From assembly GCF_006345805.1 (NCBI RefSeq), contig NC_043013.1:6820001-6884000 (forward strand): a DNA stretch of 64,000 nucleotides. Direction: 5' to 3'. Shown here in pieces: positions 26,040 to 39,059 of this stretch. A program made the position numbers and the translations under genes. The stretch's first letter is position 1. Each line of letters begins with the position of its first letter. This DNA is from Octopus sinensis. Lineage: Eukaryota. A model generated the notes under the pieces. The model was not told the DNA's origin. It saw nothing but the letters and a program-made list of their open reading frames with translations, and ran no database searches.

Positions 26040-27320
26040 CGTGAAATAAATTCATTTGTTATTCCACTTATTTTAATCCTTATTTTTCAACAATTTTAAA
26101 CAAACATTTAATAGTATTTTCTCTTATTTTCTTCTTCGTTGTTCATACCTTCTTACCAACGTTCATCTAACTTGCCAATGCCTTGACGGTAGGAAGAAAT
26201 CACTGAGTGTTGACCCGAATTCATCGATTCATTCTTGAGTGTATCGCCAAGCACACCAATGGCGTGCGGCCGAAAAGAAGTGATAATCTGAAGGCTCTGA
26301 TTCAGGAGTGGTAAATACACTCCGCCGGTTAGAACGACGAGGGTTCCAGTTGATCCGATCGACAGAACAGCCTCCTCGTCAAATTAACGTGCAAGTGACT
26401 GAGCACTCCACAGACAGGCATACACTTAACGTAGTTTTCAGGGAGATTCAATGGGACAGAGAATGTGACAAGGTTGGCCTTTTGAATTACAAATACAGCT
26501 TAGTTTTGCCAGCTGAGTGGACTGGAGCAACGTGAAATAAAGTGTCATGCTCAAGGACACAATGTGTCGCCGGGAATTGAACTCATGACTTTACGATCGT
26601 GAGCCCAATGCCCTAACCACTAAGCCACGCGCCTTCACATCTGGAACGGTAGAACTTCGCGAACAGGATCTTGAATAGCATTGCTTATGATCCAATTAGC
26701 AATGCGGGAACAAGTTTTGTGGTATTGGCGATCGCATCGATTCAGCTAGATTACCTCGTTGAACGGGTGTATTTACTGAACGTAGAGCTCTGCATTGACC
26801 ATGTCGTTATTTTCAAGAATGGTGTAATGGATTAGCCATTTCCAATCCTACCAAACACGGGTGATTCTCTTGTGTGAATGCAGCTCTGACTTGGTTTCAG
26901 GTGCTACTTACTTGTCGGTCATTGCTTCCTCGGCTTCAAATTGATGTAAACAAAACTTTCCATCTTCGATGACGATGCGGAAAAGAAGTCAAATCACCGT
27001 TTGTGTTCACGAGTTTTTGGATCTTATCCATTGTGAGAAGGTGAAGAGCCAGCTTATCATAAGACCATCCCGTGAATCAATTCCCTTGTAAGAGCGTCCC
27101 AAGGATCAATTCCCTAGTGCACTGGTGCGGATCCTCGTGTCTGAACTCATTCAATTGATCTGTGTTGAACTGAATACGTCGGCCAGAAGGCAGAGGGTCT
27201 GTAAAGTCGAATTTCCCCCTCTTGAAGCGATAAAACCATCTCTGTGCAGTTCTTTCAGTAATAGCACCTTCTCTGTATCAATGACTAATACCAGGAGCGC
27301 AGATTTCAAAACATACATGT
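26040..27320 (-). mobile_element. Decayed mariner-type (DD34D-like) transposase, interrupted by a SINE
   Basis: Minus strand: EGAITERTAQRWFYRFKRGKFDF...EDPHQCTREL (HTH), FRIV.ED (cf. RIVTGDEKW), WDWK-like...IHYTILENNDMVNAELY, EVLP, then PSDYHFF (cf. SPDLAPSDYHLF). Many stops and frameshifts; ends approximate. Confidence 0.8.
26305..26637 (-). mobile_element. Family C SINE nested in the mariner
   Basis: Reverse complement starts GGCGCGTGGCTTAGTGGTTAGGGCATT; sits between mariner EVLP and the PSDYH segment. Confidence 0.85.
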
Positions 27321-27425
27321 GTATACAAACGACCTGTGTATGTATATATATACATACACATGTCGTTTGTAGAAAACATAAATCCGGAGAATCACACTCT
27401 AAGATATAGAGCAGTGTATATTTTT

Positions 27426-27616
27426 TTACTGAGGAAGGTTGGTTTATTGTATTACCCTGGGTTTCCCGTCCATAACGGGCATAACTTTATGGCGTATCGT
27501 CAGACTCCAAAACCTGTGGGCCTAAGACCTCTTCAAAGTAAGTCTGACGATACGCCATAAAGTTAAACCCTTTATGGTCGGGAAACCCAGGGTAATCTCA
27601 TAAACCGGCCTTCTAG

Positions 27617-27619
<3 letters not shown>
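27426..27619. mobile_element. Fold-back / MITE-like element: ~80-bp imperfect inverted arms, ~34-bp spacer
   Basis: ATTACCCTGGGTTTCCCG...AACTTTATGGCGTATCGTCAGACT versus AGTCTGACGATACGCCATAAAGTT...CGGGAAACCCAGGGTAAT. Confidence 0.7.
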
Positions 27620-27679
<60 letters not shown>

Positions 27680-27794
27680 GCATGCATACAAACTGAACAC
27701 ATAAGTGCAAGACAAGGTCATGAGAAATAGAACACGAATATCGAAAAAAATCTTCAAGCTGTTACTTAGTTTCACGTTACCGTCGTCGGACAGT

Positions 27795-27971
27795 ATGTAT
27801 GTATGTTGTATGTATGTATGTATGTATGTATGTATGTATGTTATGTATTTATGTATGTATGTATAGATGTATGTATGTATGTAGTGATGTATGTATGATA
27901 TATGTATGTATGTATGTATGTAGTATCCATGTATGTATGTATGTATGTATGTATGTATGATGTATGTATGA

Positions 27972-28004
<33 letters not shown>

Positions 28005-28053
28005 CCTATCTATCTATCCATCTATCCATCTATCTATTTGTCTGTCTGTCTAC

Positions 28054-28089
<36 letters not shown>

Positions 28090-28120
28090 TCATCTATCCA
28101 TCTATCTATCTATCTATCTA

Positions 28121-28160
<40 letters not shown>

Positions 28161-28179
28161 TCTATCTATCCATCTATCC

Positions 28180-28264
<85 letters not shown>

Positions 28265-28300
28265 TCTATCTATTTGTCTGTCTGTCTGTCTATCTATCCC
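27795..28300. repeat. Compound (TATG)n then (TATC/TGTC)n microsatellite
   Basis: Seen directly. Confidence 0.95.
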
Positions 28301-28982
28301 TCTAGCCCTGCGCCCTTACTTATATATAATGATGACAAGACAACGACGGTAATGGTTGGGCTGTTCTTTTGAAACGAGGTCAACGTGAAACAATCCAACA
28401 GAAGCAAAACTAAGTTAGGGTATAATCGATATTTACAACACTGATCTGGATCTATTAGACCAATACAGACAAAGTAATAATGACAATGATTTTGGATATT
28501 AACAACATGGCTGACACCTCAGAGCACGCTTCCGTACCCTACGTAATATATTACATAATAAACAACATAATATAATACATATATAAATACATATTCCACA
28601 CAATAAATATAGGGTAGCTTCTCAGTGATGTAATGCTGTGATTTGAATAACTTCGATTAATTGCAATTAACTATGCAAATATTAAACAGGCATTGTCTCT
28701 GGGGATGTTTCGAATGTAGAACCAGCAAGCCAGGGCGATAAAGCCTATAAAATCAATGAAGTGAAGTTATTGAAAATAAAAGAAAATGGAGTAAATGGGA
28801 ATATGGTGATGGGATCTGGTCTATAAAAGCCAACTGGTTAAACGCAACAGACGCCTGTTCCGGTGACACACGCACACACACACACGTATACACACACACA
28901 CATACATACATACACATGCATATATGTGTATGTGTCTACATACATGCGTGTGAATAGTGGGAAGAGAGTGACGATGATTTGA

Positions 28983-29068
<86 letters not shown>

Positions 29069-29312
29069 GTATATTATATATAAATATATATACACATACA
29101 TAAGTGTGTGTGTGCACATACACGTGCATAAACTACGCGCACGCACACATACATATACATACACATACATACACACACACACATATATACATATACATAA
29201 TACATAAACACACACACATATATATGTATATATATACATATATATATACATACACATACATACATTCACACACATGCACACACACACACACACATATACT
29301 TATATATCCCCC

Positions 29313-29344
<32 letters not shown>

Positions 29345-29939
29345 AATATATACACACACACACGACTCCTGTGTGCATGTAGCTTTTGTTCATGTGTATA
29401 TGCGTTATGTATTAAGTGTGTATACGTACACAGTCGCCGCCATATATCAAGTTGGGAAATGATAAATTCGAAATGTGTGTGAAAGAGCGAAAGAGATAGA
29501 TTTTGCACGCATATGCATACAGACATACAAATAAATACATGTATGTGCGCATGCGCATTGTGTCAATGTCTGCTTAACTATACGCGTGTATATTCATATG
29601 CCTGATTGTGTTAGTGTATGCTTTTTTGATCGGAGTGGAGCAGTTAAAAGCATTTTTGGTAATGTTGTTAATCCGAAGTCAGAAACGCTGTAAATTCTGT
29701 TTACTTCTGATAGCTTTTATGTCTGCGATGTTCCAGTAAAACATAACAGAATGCTTTCCACCGTTCTTACTCATTACACTAACCTTCGCAAAACAACGAA
29801 CCCTCATCATTCTTTGTTATTAAAAGCCTCAAGCATCGTCTCCGGCTCCACGAATATCATGAAAAACACACTGCAGCGTACGGTACTTTAATTATAGACG
29901 CCATCTTGCTCCTCGCCCACCTCATCTTCGTTGACTTTG

Positions 29940-30012
29940 TCATCGTCGTCGTTGTCGTCGTCATCAGGATGATGATGCTCAATATCATCATTGAGACGAC
30001 CGTCATCACCGT

Positions 30013-30056
<44 letters not shown>

Positions 30057-30060
30057 CCGT

Positions 30061-30127
<67 letters not shown>

Positions 30128-30258
30128 GTCATCATCACCATCATCGTCAACATTATGAATATAATCATCGTCTCCACTATCATCATCACCAAAAACACCA
30201 CCACCAAATCTGTCCCCACCATCAGTAGCCAAGGGAGCAGCGCCATCGTCATCATCAG

Positions 30259-30293
<35 letters not shown>

Positions 30294-30310
30294 CCACGAC
30301 CACTACCACC
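29940..30310. repeat. (CAT)n-rich array
   Basis: Seen directly; yields the poly-M/D/I ORFs. Confidence 0.92.
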
Positions 30311-30534
30311 GCTACTATCATTGCTACCATGAGAGTAGCCAGTTTTGCGTCTTTATGTTTCGCTTTGTTTGCTAGAAATAGCAGTCAAATTTCCTTCAAA
30401 CCACATGCGTCTGCCTTTAAGAGTACGTAGGGCATATTGTATGATTAAGGGTTAGACACACTTAATAAAGGGGGGAATGGTCAAAGACGAGAGGTCCTTC
30501 CTCATATATTTGCTTCATAATTGCCAACTTAGAA

Positions 30535-30850
30535 GACGCGTGGCTTAGTGGTTAGAGTAAGCGGCTCACGACCATAAGGTTGTGAGATCGATTTCTGGTG
30601 CGTTGTGTCCTTGAGGAAGACACTTTATTTCACGTTGCTCCAGTCCATTCAGGTGGGTAAAAATGAGTTACACCTGTAATTCAAATGGGGCAGCCTTGTC
30701 GCATTGTGTCAGACTGAATCGCCCTGAGAACTACGTTAAGGGTACACGTGTCTGTGGAGTACTCAGCCACTTGCACGTTAATTTGACGAGGAGGCTGTTC
30801 AGTTGGTCGGACCAACTGAAACGCTCGTCCACGTAACGGATGGAATTCCA
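30535..30850 (+). mobile_element. tRNA-derived SINE, family C
   Basis: GCGTGGCTTAGTGGTTAGAG head; TGTGTCCTTGAGGAAGACACTTTATTTCACG; GAGAACTACGTTAAGGGTACACGTGTCTGTGGAG. Confidence 0.8.
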
Positions 30851-30859
30851 ATTGCTAAC

Positions 30860-31135
30860 TTCGGGCAAGTAAATGCTAATGTTGGGCCAAGGGGTGGGTA
30901 TGTGATAAGGATGGCAGATCAGGGATATATTACTTCCACCGACAAAAAAGAGATATTCATTCTATGTGAAAGGCAGATCATGCGAGGCTTGTGTATGGAC
31001 TGCAATGCTGCATGGCTTTGAGCCATGGATGGGCACTGAATGTGAGGACTATAGAGAAATGAAGCAAGGATATACCGCGGAATGTGTGAAGTTAGTTTGA
31101 ATGAAAAGTGAGGAATGAACTGAGTATGAGAGGAT
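30860..31135 (+). mobile_element. RTE-type LINE fragment
   Basis: ACVWTAMLHGFEPW resembles the RTE motif ACVR.AMLHGSETW. Confidence 0.5.
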
Positions 31136-32143
31136 TCATTTGTAGTAATATCACCTCTTTAACCAAAGTCAATCTATTTTAGTAACAACATTTCAACTAA
31201 GCATTTTGCTCGAGCTGCTAACAATTCTGCTAGCTCGCCGCTTTAATCAACAACACCATATTAACCAGCAGCACTGAGAACCAACCTTAGTACTCAGGCA
31301 CTCAAAGGGACTTGAAGTTTGGCGCTCTTACAAGAAATATATTACATTTTAATAGCATAATGAAGAAAAACTTCCAAATATGTGTATAAAGTATCGATTA
31401 TAATATATTATATTTATTATAATAAACAGTCTAAAACAGCACTTCAAAGACAGCCGTAAATTTTCAAATACTTTCAATAATATATCTGAGATAGAAAGAC
31501 ATGATGGAGAGAGGAAGAGCGTGGCTTCACAGCTGGCAAAGATCTCGACATTTTATAATAACAAACAATCACTAAACGAAGGATGGCAGCACGAGAGAAG
31601 GTCGGATGTCTGCCGTTCATCTCTTGCTGTAGATGTAATGTAACTGACTTCCGCCTAGTTCATCAAAGAATATATATATATATACATACATATATATATA
31701 TATATATAATATAATATATATATATATAATATATATATATATATATTGCTCATAAACCTATATTATCGTAACTAAAAATCTTTTTCTCTACTTTGATCAG
31801 TCACTATTTTTCATAGCATTTTCGTTTCCTTTGTGGTACTATTATTTTTTTTTTACTATATCATTCTCTTTTGATTTAATTGGCAAAGAATTAAATGTCT
31901 TTGTGGTTAGAGGCTCTCAAAGAGATGAGATGTTGGAACCGCAAGCACTTGTATCTCTGTATCGATAGATGGATGGGTGAATGGATGGATGGGTGGATGG
32001 ATGGGTTAATTGATGGATGGTTGAATAGCTTGATCTATGGATGGTGGTGTTAGTGAATATGTATACATATATCTTCATATATATATATATAATATATATG
32101 TATCCATATCTCCATACATCATTTTATATATATATATATTCAC

Positions 32144-32189
<46 letters not shown>

Positions 32190-32190
32190 G

Positions 32191-32264
<74 letters not shown>

Positions 32265-32535
32265 CTCTTATCTTCACATTATATGTTCATACATTTTCAT
32301 ATATATATATATAAGTTCAGCAAAATTTAGATTCAAAAATGAATATGGTACTTAATAGATGCACCAGAATTCTGTATGGTGTTATCCATATAAATCCGAG
32401 GGGGTGATTATAATCAAAATACTTACAACATTTAATAAAATGATGTAGTACGAAACGATCGTACCAAATTACCGGAGTCATTCTTGTTGCTCATTTTGAA
32501 TATATACATATATATATATACATATATATATATAC

Positions 32536-32572
<37 letters not shown>

Positions 32573-33146
32573 CATATATATATAACCCATGTTTTGGGCT
32601 TTAACTGGCCTTTTTAGCATGTAATTAGTCCTCCCTCTCCCCGTCTTCCTTTTTTTCTGTCTAGCATTGCTCACACGTAATCATTGTCCATCTTTCTTTT
32701 CCTCACGTGACCATCTTTCTTACCTGCACGGACGTTCTAAGGACTGGGCGTCTCCCATCTCTCTCTCTCTCTCTCTCTCCCTCTCTTCTATATTTTCTCA
32801 TTTCAAAGGAAATATTTCTCTCAGCGTTTACTATTTCCCCCTCGTTCATGCCTAACAACCCTCCATGTTTGTTTTCGTTCGGATTCCCTGTTTGTCTCCA
32901 CTGTCCTGTTTTTGTTCCTAAATTTCACCTCCATAAGTCCAAAATTTTATTTTGGTATTTATGGGAGCAACTGTTTTTGAAGACTCAGATTGTCGTTGAT
33001 TGCTCGAAATGGGGAGTAGATAGACAGCCGCCAACTGATGAAGTGTCATTGTTTTCGTATTTCATGTTGTTTACTGTTGGTGACGACTTGTACCCTTATA
33101 TGCACAAACACACACACACACATGCACACACATGCACACCACACAC

Positions 33147-33191
<45 letters not shown>

Positions 33192-33210
33192 TATATATAT
33201 ATATATATAT

Positions 33211-33252
<42 letters not shown>

Positions 33253-33272
33253 TAGATAGAAGATAGATAGAT

Positions 33273-33331
<59 letters not shown>

Positions 33332-33424
33332 TGATGATTGATTGAATGAAAACTTTATAGTGGAAAGACTCCTGTGGCTTTTTTAAAGCCTGTTACTTAT
33401 TCTATCGGTTCTTTTACCGAACCG

Positions 33425-33466
<42 letters not shown>

Positions 33467-33656
33467 TATATATATAATAAATACATATATATATATATAT
33501 ATATAATATATATATATATATATCATGTGATCACGTGACCGACCAGGCTATCAGATGTTGCTACACATCGCTGGTCACAATGCGCTTCGCATTGTTTTAG
33601 CCTTCAAATGACGCCACTCCGCTGGCTAAGCGAACAGACCAATATATATATGTATG

Positions 33657-33688
<32 letters not shown>

Positions 33689-33870
33689 ATATATATTTAT
33701 TTATTTATTTTATAGAAGGAGCTTCTACAGGACTAGAACTAATGAAACAGTTCTAGTCCTGTAGAAGCTCTTCTATAAAATAACTTAATTTACTCTGCTA
33801 TGTATTGAGTACCTTATTAACTGTGGTTAACCCCGACTCAACCCGGGACCTACATATATATATAATATAT

Positions 33871-33902
<32 letters not shown>

Positions 33903-33903
33903 A

Positions 33904-33934
<31 letters not shown>

Positions 33935-34637
33935 ATATATATATATATATATATAATATATATGTGTGTGTGTGTATGTGTGTGTGTATGTATATAGGTT
34001 ATAAGGGTCTAACATAAATTTCATTTGTGAATGAAATATATCTCCAATAGGAAGAAAAACACCAACCTAAGTACTGTATTGTATGGTGCGTGGGCTTATA
34101 AAATGCACTACCATTTTGGCTGGATTTTTCTCTTTTTGCACTGCCACATGCAGTAACATAAATCCTGACGTTGTCTTTATAGGAATCAATTAGATTTTAT
34201 GAGACATTTTTGGGAAAATACGTGCGAATTGTAAGCCATCAGATATGCTAATTTTTTGAATGAGTACCCATAAACTTTCGATGGTAGCTCATATAATATT
34301 TCACCGGGAAGAAACAATAATTTTTAGTGAGGGAGAGCGATTATATCTAAAAGAGGTACCGCCCTAAGATTTGGTCTGAGGCCAGCCATAAATTTTTAAC
34401 AACCATTTCCTTCGAAGCATTTTGCTGTGAGGAAGATGTTGTATGCCCACAGAAATGCAAAATGAACGGACGCTAAATATAGTCTTGAAGTAGCATTTAG
34501 ATTTTTGTTTTGTTTTGGACATTGCCGCACATATATTCATACACTCAGACAGAGACTCACAGATAAATACACATACGCACTCACACAGGTACACACACAT
34601 GCGCGCGTGCAGATACTTGAACTCAAAACAAACATGG

Positions 34638-34874
34638 ATACTCAGACAAACACACGTTTACTAACGCATATACATTCACATCCTCGTATGTTTAAAGTAA
34701 ATTATAGGATCTACTTATACTCAGACAAACACACGTTTACCAATGCATATACATTCACATCCCCGTATGTTTAAAGTAAATTATAGGATCTACTTATACT
34801 CAGACAAACACACGTTTACCAATGCATATACATTCACATCCCCGTATGTTTAAAGTAAATTATAGGATCTACTT
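34638..34874. repeat. Three tandem copies of a 79-bp unit
   Basis: ATACTCAGACAAACACACGTTTAC...GTAAATTATAGGATCTACTT starting at 34638, 34717 and 34796. Confidence 0.92.
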
Positions 34875-35499
34875 GACTGAACTGCTGTTAAATTTATTCC
34901 TTATCGTTTATTCATTAACTAGTTTCATTTTCAGCTTTTAGGCTGTGGCCATACTGGAGCACAGATTCAATGAGTTTTGTTTCCTTTTTGGTCGAAAATA
35001 TCGACCTTCGTTCTTTGTTTCTCTTTTGTAGACGAGTTTAATGTGGAAGCGTTTGTTATCTAATGGCCTTCTTTGTATAAGATTTTATAATTCTAAAGAA
35101 AGAAATGCTTGTCTTACTTTTGAAAAAAAAAACGATTGTCTGACCTCTAAGAATCACAGATAGGATCAGGTCAAGCCTATAAACTTACCAAACATTTTTT
35201 TATTGACCATTCATAATTTTACAGATTTATGAGCGAGGCCGTGATTTGGTGGCTAGGTTTCTAAAACATAATTGATTAACTAAAATCAAACATCCTTCAA
35301 CCCACAAAGTCGAAATTCAGCGACGAAATTAAGTTTCTAGACAATTTCATCGTTCATTTTGTTGGGTATATTTTTCGCTGCAACGCTCCATAATCTTCTG
35401 TTAAATAATATTCTCACATAGAGAATAAGTCCAAGGCGAGAATTATATAAAAAGAAAGTAAAGCAGTAGAAATATATATGGGTGTGTGTGTGTTGTATC

Positions 35500-35530
<31 letters not shown>

Positions 35531-35620
35531 TTATGTACATGTATTTTATATGTGTGTATCCGTTATATATGTATATATATATATGTGTATATATATATAT
35601 GTATTATATGTATATATATA

Positions 35621-35653
<33 letters not shown>

Positions 35654-35841
35654 ATACTATATATATATAATGTGTACGTGGTATATATATATATGTGTGT
35701 GTGTGTTTTATGTGTGCATATATATATATATATAACATATACATATATACATATATATATACATATATATATATCATATATATATATTATATACATATAT
35801 ATATATACATATATATATATATATCATATATACAAACACAA

Positions 35842-35878
<37 letters not shown>

Positions 35879-36439
35879 TATAGATTGATAGATATGTATG
35901 TATGTTGGTATATGTGTCCATACACATATACTGAGCTGTAGATGTAAATATATAGATGCATTGGTAAGACAAAAATAACAAATCATTGATGTAGGTTACA
36001 CTAACAAAAACACATTGATGTGTGGGAGTTAGAATTCGGTGTTTGATGCTGATGAATGGTTTCTCTTTCTCCCTCTCTCTTTCTTTCTCTGTCTTTCTCT
36101 CTCTCTCGCTGTCTTTCTCTCTCTCCCTATTTCTTTCATCCTTTGTCTCTCTCTCTCTGTCTTTCTTTCTTTCTTCCTTTCTTTCTCTCTCTCTCTCTCT
36201 CTTCTTTCACTTGGAAAATAAACAGAACCAATCACACGCACATAAATCGCATTATAACGAACGGCAACAGCGACACCACTTGCTGTTATTGTTAGCTTTC
36301 CTGATGTCAGGATGATGGTGATGATGATGATGATGTTGGTAATGATGATGACGATGACGACGACGACGACGATGATGATGATGATGATGATGACGTTTGT
36401 GGTGGTTGTGGTGGTGGTGATGAGGATTCGATGATGACC

Positions 36440-36539
36440 ATGACAATGATAAAAATAATAATAATAATAATAATATTAACTATGATTTATTTTTAATAAT
36501 GATTTCTTTTAATAGGAATATTAATAACAATTACAATAT

Positions 36540-36573
<34 letters not shown>

Positions 36574-36576
36574 CAT

Positions 36577-36645
<69 letters not shown>

Positions 36646-36744
36646 TTGTTGGTGTTGTTGTTATTGTTGTTATTATTATTATTATTATTATTGTTGGTAT
36701 TGTTGTTATTATTATTATTATTATTATTATTCTTGTTGGTGTTG

Positions 36745-36785
<41 letters not shown>

Positions 36786-36819
36786 TATTATTATTGGTGT
36801 TGTTGGTGGTGTTGTTATT

Positions 36820-36857
<38 letters not shown>

Positions 36858-36920
36858 TATTTTTATAATTATTCTTGTTGATGTTGTTGTTGTTATTGTT
36901 ATTATTATTATTGCTATTTT
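36440..36920. repeat. (ATT/GTT)n low-complexity array
   Basis: Seen directly. Confidence 0.9.
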
Positions 36921-37301
36921 GTGAGTAGAATATTGAAACTGACAATATAATTGGGTACGGATGTATGGACGGAATGGTGATGGTTTTCTCTAGAACCGTG
37001 GCACGCAGAACTCAATGGAATTATATCTCTACGCTACCGTAGATACGTAGAACTCTATGTATGTATGTATGTATGTATGTATGTATGTATGTATGTATGT
37101 ATTTATGTATGTATGTATGTATGTATGTATGTATGTATGTATGTAGATTGTGTAAGTACATATCGGTGTGTGTACCTATCTACCTATTTATCTCGCCTCT
37201 CTCTGTCCTTGTTTCTCAATCTGTCTGAACCTCTCTCACTCTACCCCTCTATTTCTATATATTATAATATATAGTATATATTTGTATATATTATATGGAT
37301 A

Positions 37302-37354
<53 letters not shown>

Positions 37355-37963
37355 TATACACACATCTATATATGTGTGTATATATAATATATATATATAT
37401 TATATATATATATATATATATATTATGTATATATATATGTATATATATATATATATATTATATGAATATATTTAGTTATATATGTAGTAGTTATTTAGCG
37501 CTCCTTCCTTCTATAAGTCTGTCGATCCATCTACCTAATGGTATATAATATATATATATACATGCAACAACACACACTCACACACACACACCACACACAC
37601 ACACAATATATATATATAATATATATATATATTATATAATATATATACATACTTATATTGTACATACAAGGACAGAGAAAGTGAAAAAAGATAGATCAAA
37701 TACAGAGGAGTGTGAGTGAGATTGTCTACGTGAATGTAGTTGCTCATGCTTCATTAGGTAAACTCGTGTTCGTCAGCTGATATTGGTTACTCTAATGGTT
37801 ATGCTCGCGAATGGATTGAATGAACCATCCGATATATTATAGGATTAATAAACCATGTGTGCCTACATGCGCATAGGCACATATTTTACATGTACACATT
37901 CATGCCTCCCATATATGTACACATCTATACCCCACCATATATGTATAAATATATTTATATACG

Positions 37964-37995
<32 letters not shown>

Positions 37996-38233
37996 TAATC
38001 CAAACAGGAAAACACGAAAAAAACAAAAAAACACAGCAACGCGAGGACGTGGAACAAATAAAGTATTATTGGACGCTCTGGAAGGAAGGGAAGAAGGAGG
38101 GTTTAACGTTTCGAGCGGAGCTCTCCGTCGGAAACATAGGAGAAGGAAAGATCCCGAGAAGGGAAGACAGAGGGAAAAAAATCGCCAGTGGTAATCACGA
38201 GGTCACAGAGAGAGAGAGAAAGAGTTGGCTATG

Positions 38234-38303
<70 letters not shown>

Positions 38304-38438
38304 CATTTATACATATATGTATATATTTATATATATAAATATATGTATGTGTGTCTATATCTGTGTGTATTTTTGCATGTCAGTGTGTGCGTACGCGTTT
38401 TTCCTTGTGTGTATTTGTGTGTGAGTGTGTGTGCGTGA

Positions 38439-38472
<34 letters not shown>

Positions 38473-38807
38473 TGTGTATGTGCATGTTTTCATTTGTATG
38501 TTTACAAAACGATTGCTCATGCATATTTGATTAAATTTACAGCTTCAGTTGTAATGTGTTTTGCATAGCAACAAACCCTTTTTGTATATTGGTGATTCGG
38601 TAAAGCGAATGAGAAAACGGTTGTAACCGAAACATGTGAATCCAAACATTTCTTCTGCATATCCGGCTTTTTTCACTGGGTGTATAATTATTACTGTTCT
38701 ATTTTGTGTTGTTTTGTTTAGTTTCCTGGTCCATAATAAACCACAAAATTACATGTGATACAAGTAATGACATGGATCAAATGATAGCAGGTATTAACTA
38801 TTTAGGA

Positions 38808-39038
38808 AGGCGGCGAGCTGGCAGAAACGTTAGCACGCCGGGCGAAATGCTTAGCGGTATTTCGTTTGTCGTTACGTTGTGAGTTCAAATTCCGCCGAGG
38901 TTGACTTTGCCTTTCATCCTTTCGGGGTCGATAAATTAAGTACCAGTTCCGCACTGGGGTCGAAGTAATCGACTTAATACCTATGTCTGTCCTTGTTTGT
39001 CCTCTCCATGTTTAGCTCCTTGTGGGTAATAAAGAAAT
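38808..39038 (+). mobile_element. SINE family A with 19-bp target-site duplication
   Basis: TSD AGGTATTAACTATTTAGGA at 38789-38807 and 39039-39057. Confidence 0.92.
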
Positions 39039-39059
39039 AGGTATTAACTATTTAGGAGG

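Noticed and set aside
28655-28710. Octamer ATGCAAAT near CATTGT (POU/Sox-like sites)
   Set aside because: Short motifs are expected by chance in AT-rich DNA; no conservation data available.
33030-33070. CTGATGA hammerhead core half
   Set aside because: No downstream GAAA, stem III or stem I partner.
34638-34874. Regular repeats resembling a CRISPR array (also the 41-bp array)
   Set aside because: Head-to-tail units with no unique spacers, in eukaryotic DNA with no cas genes.
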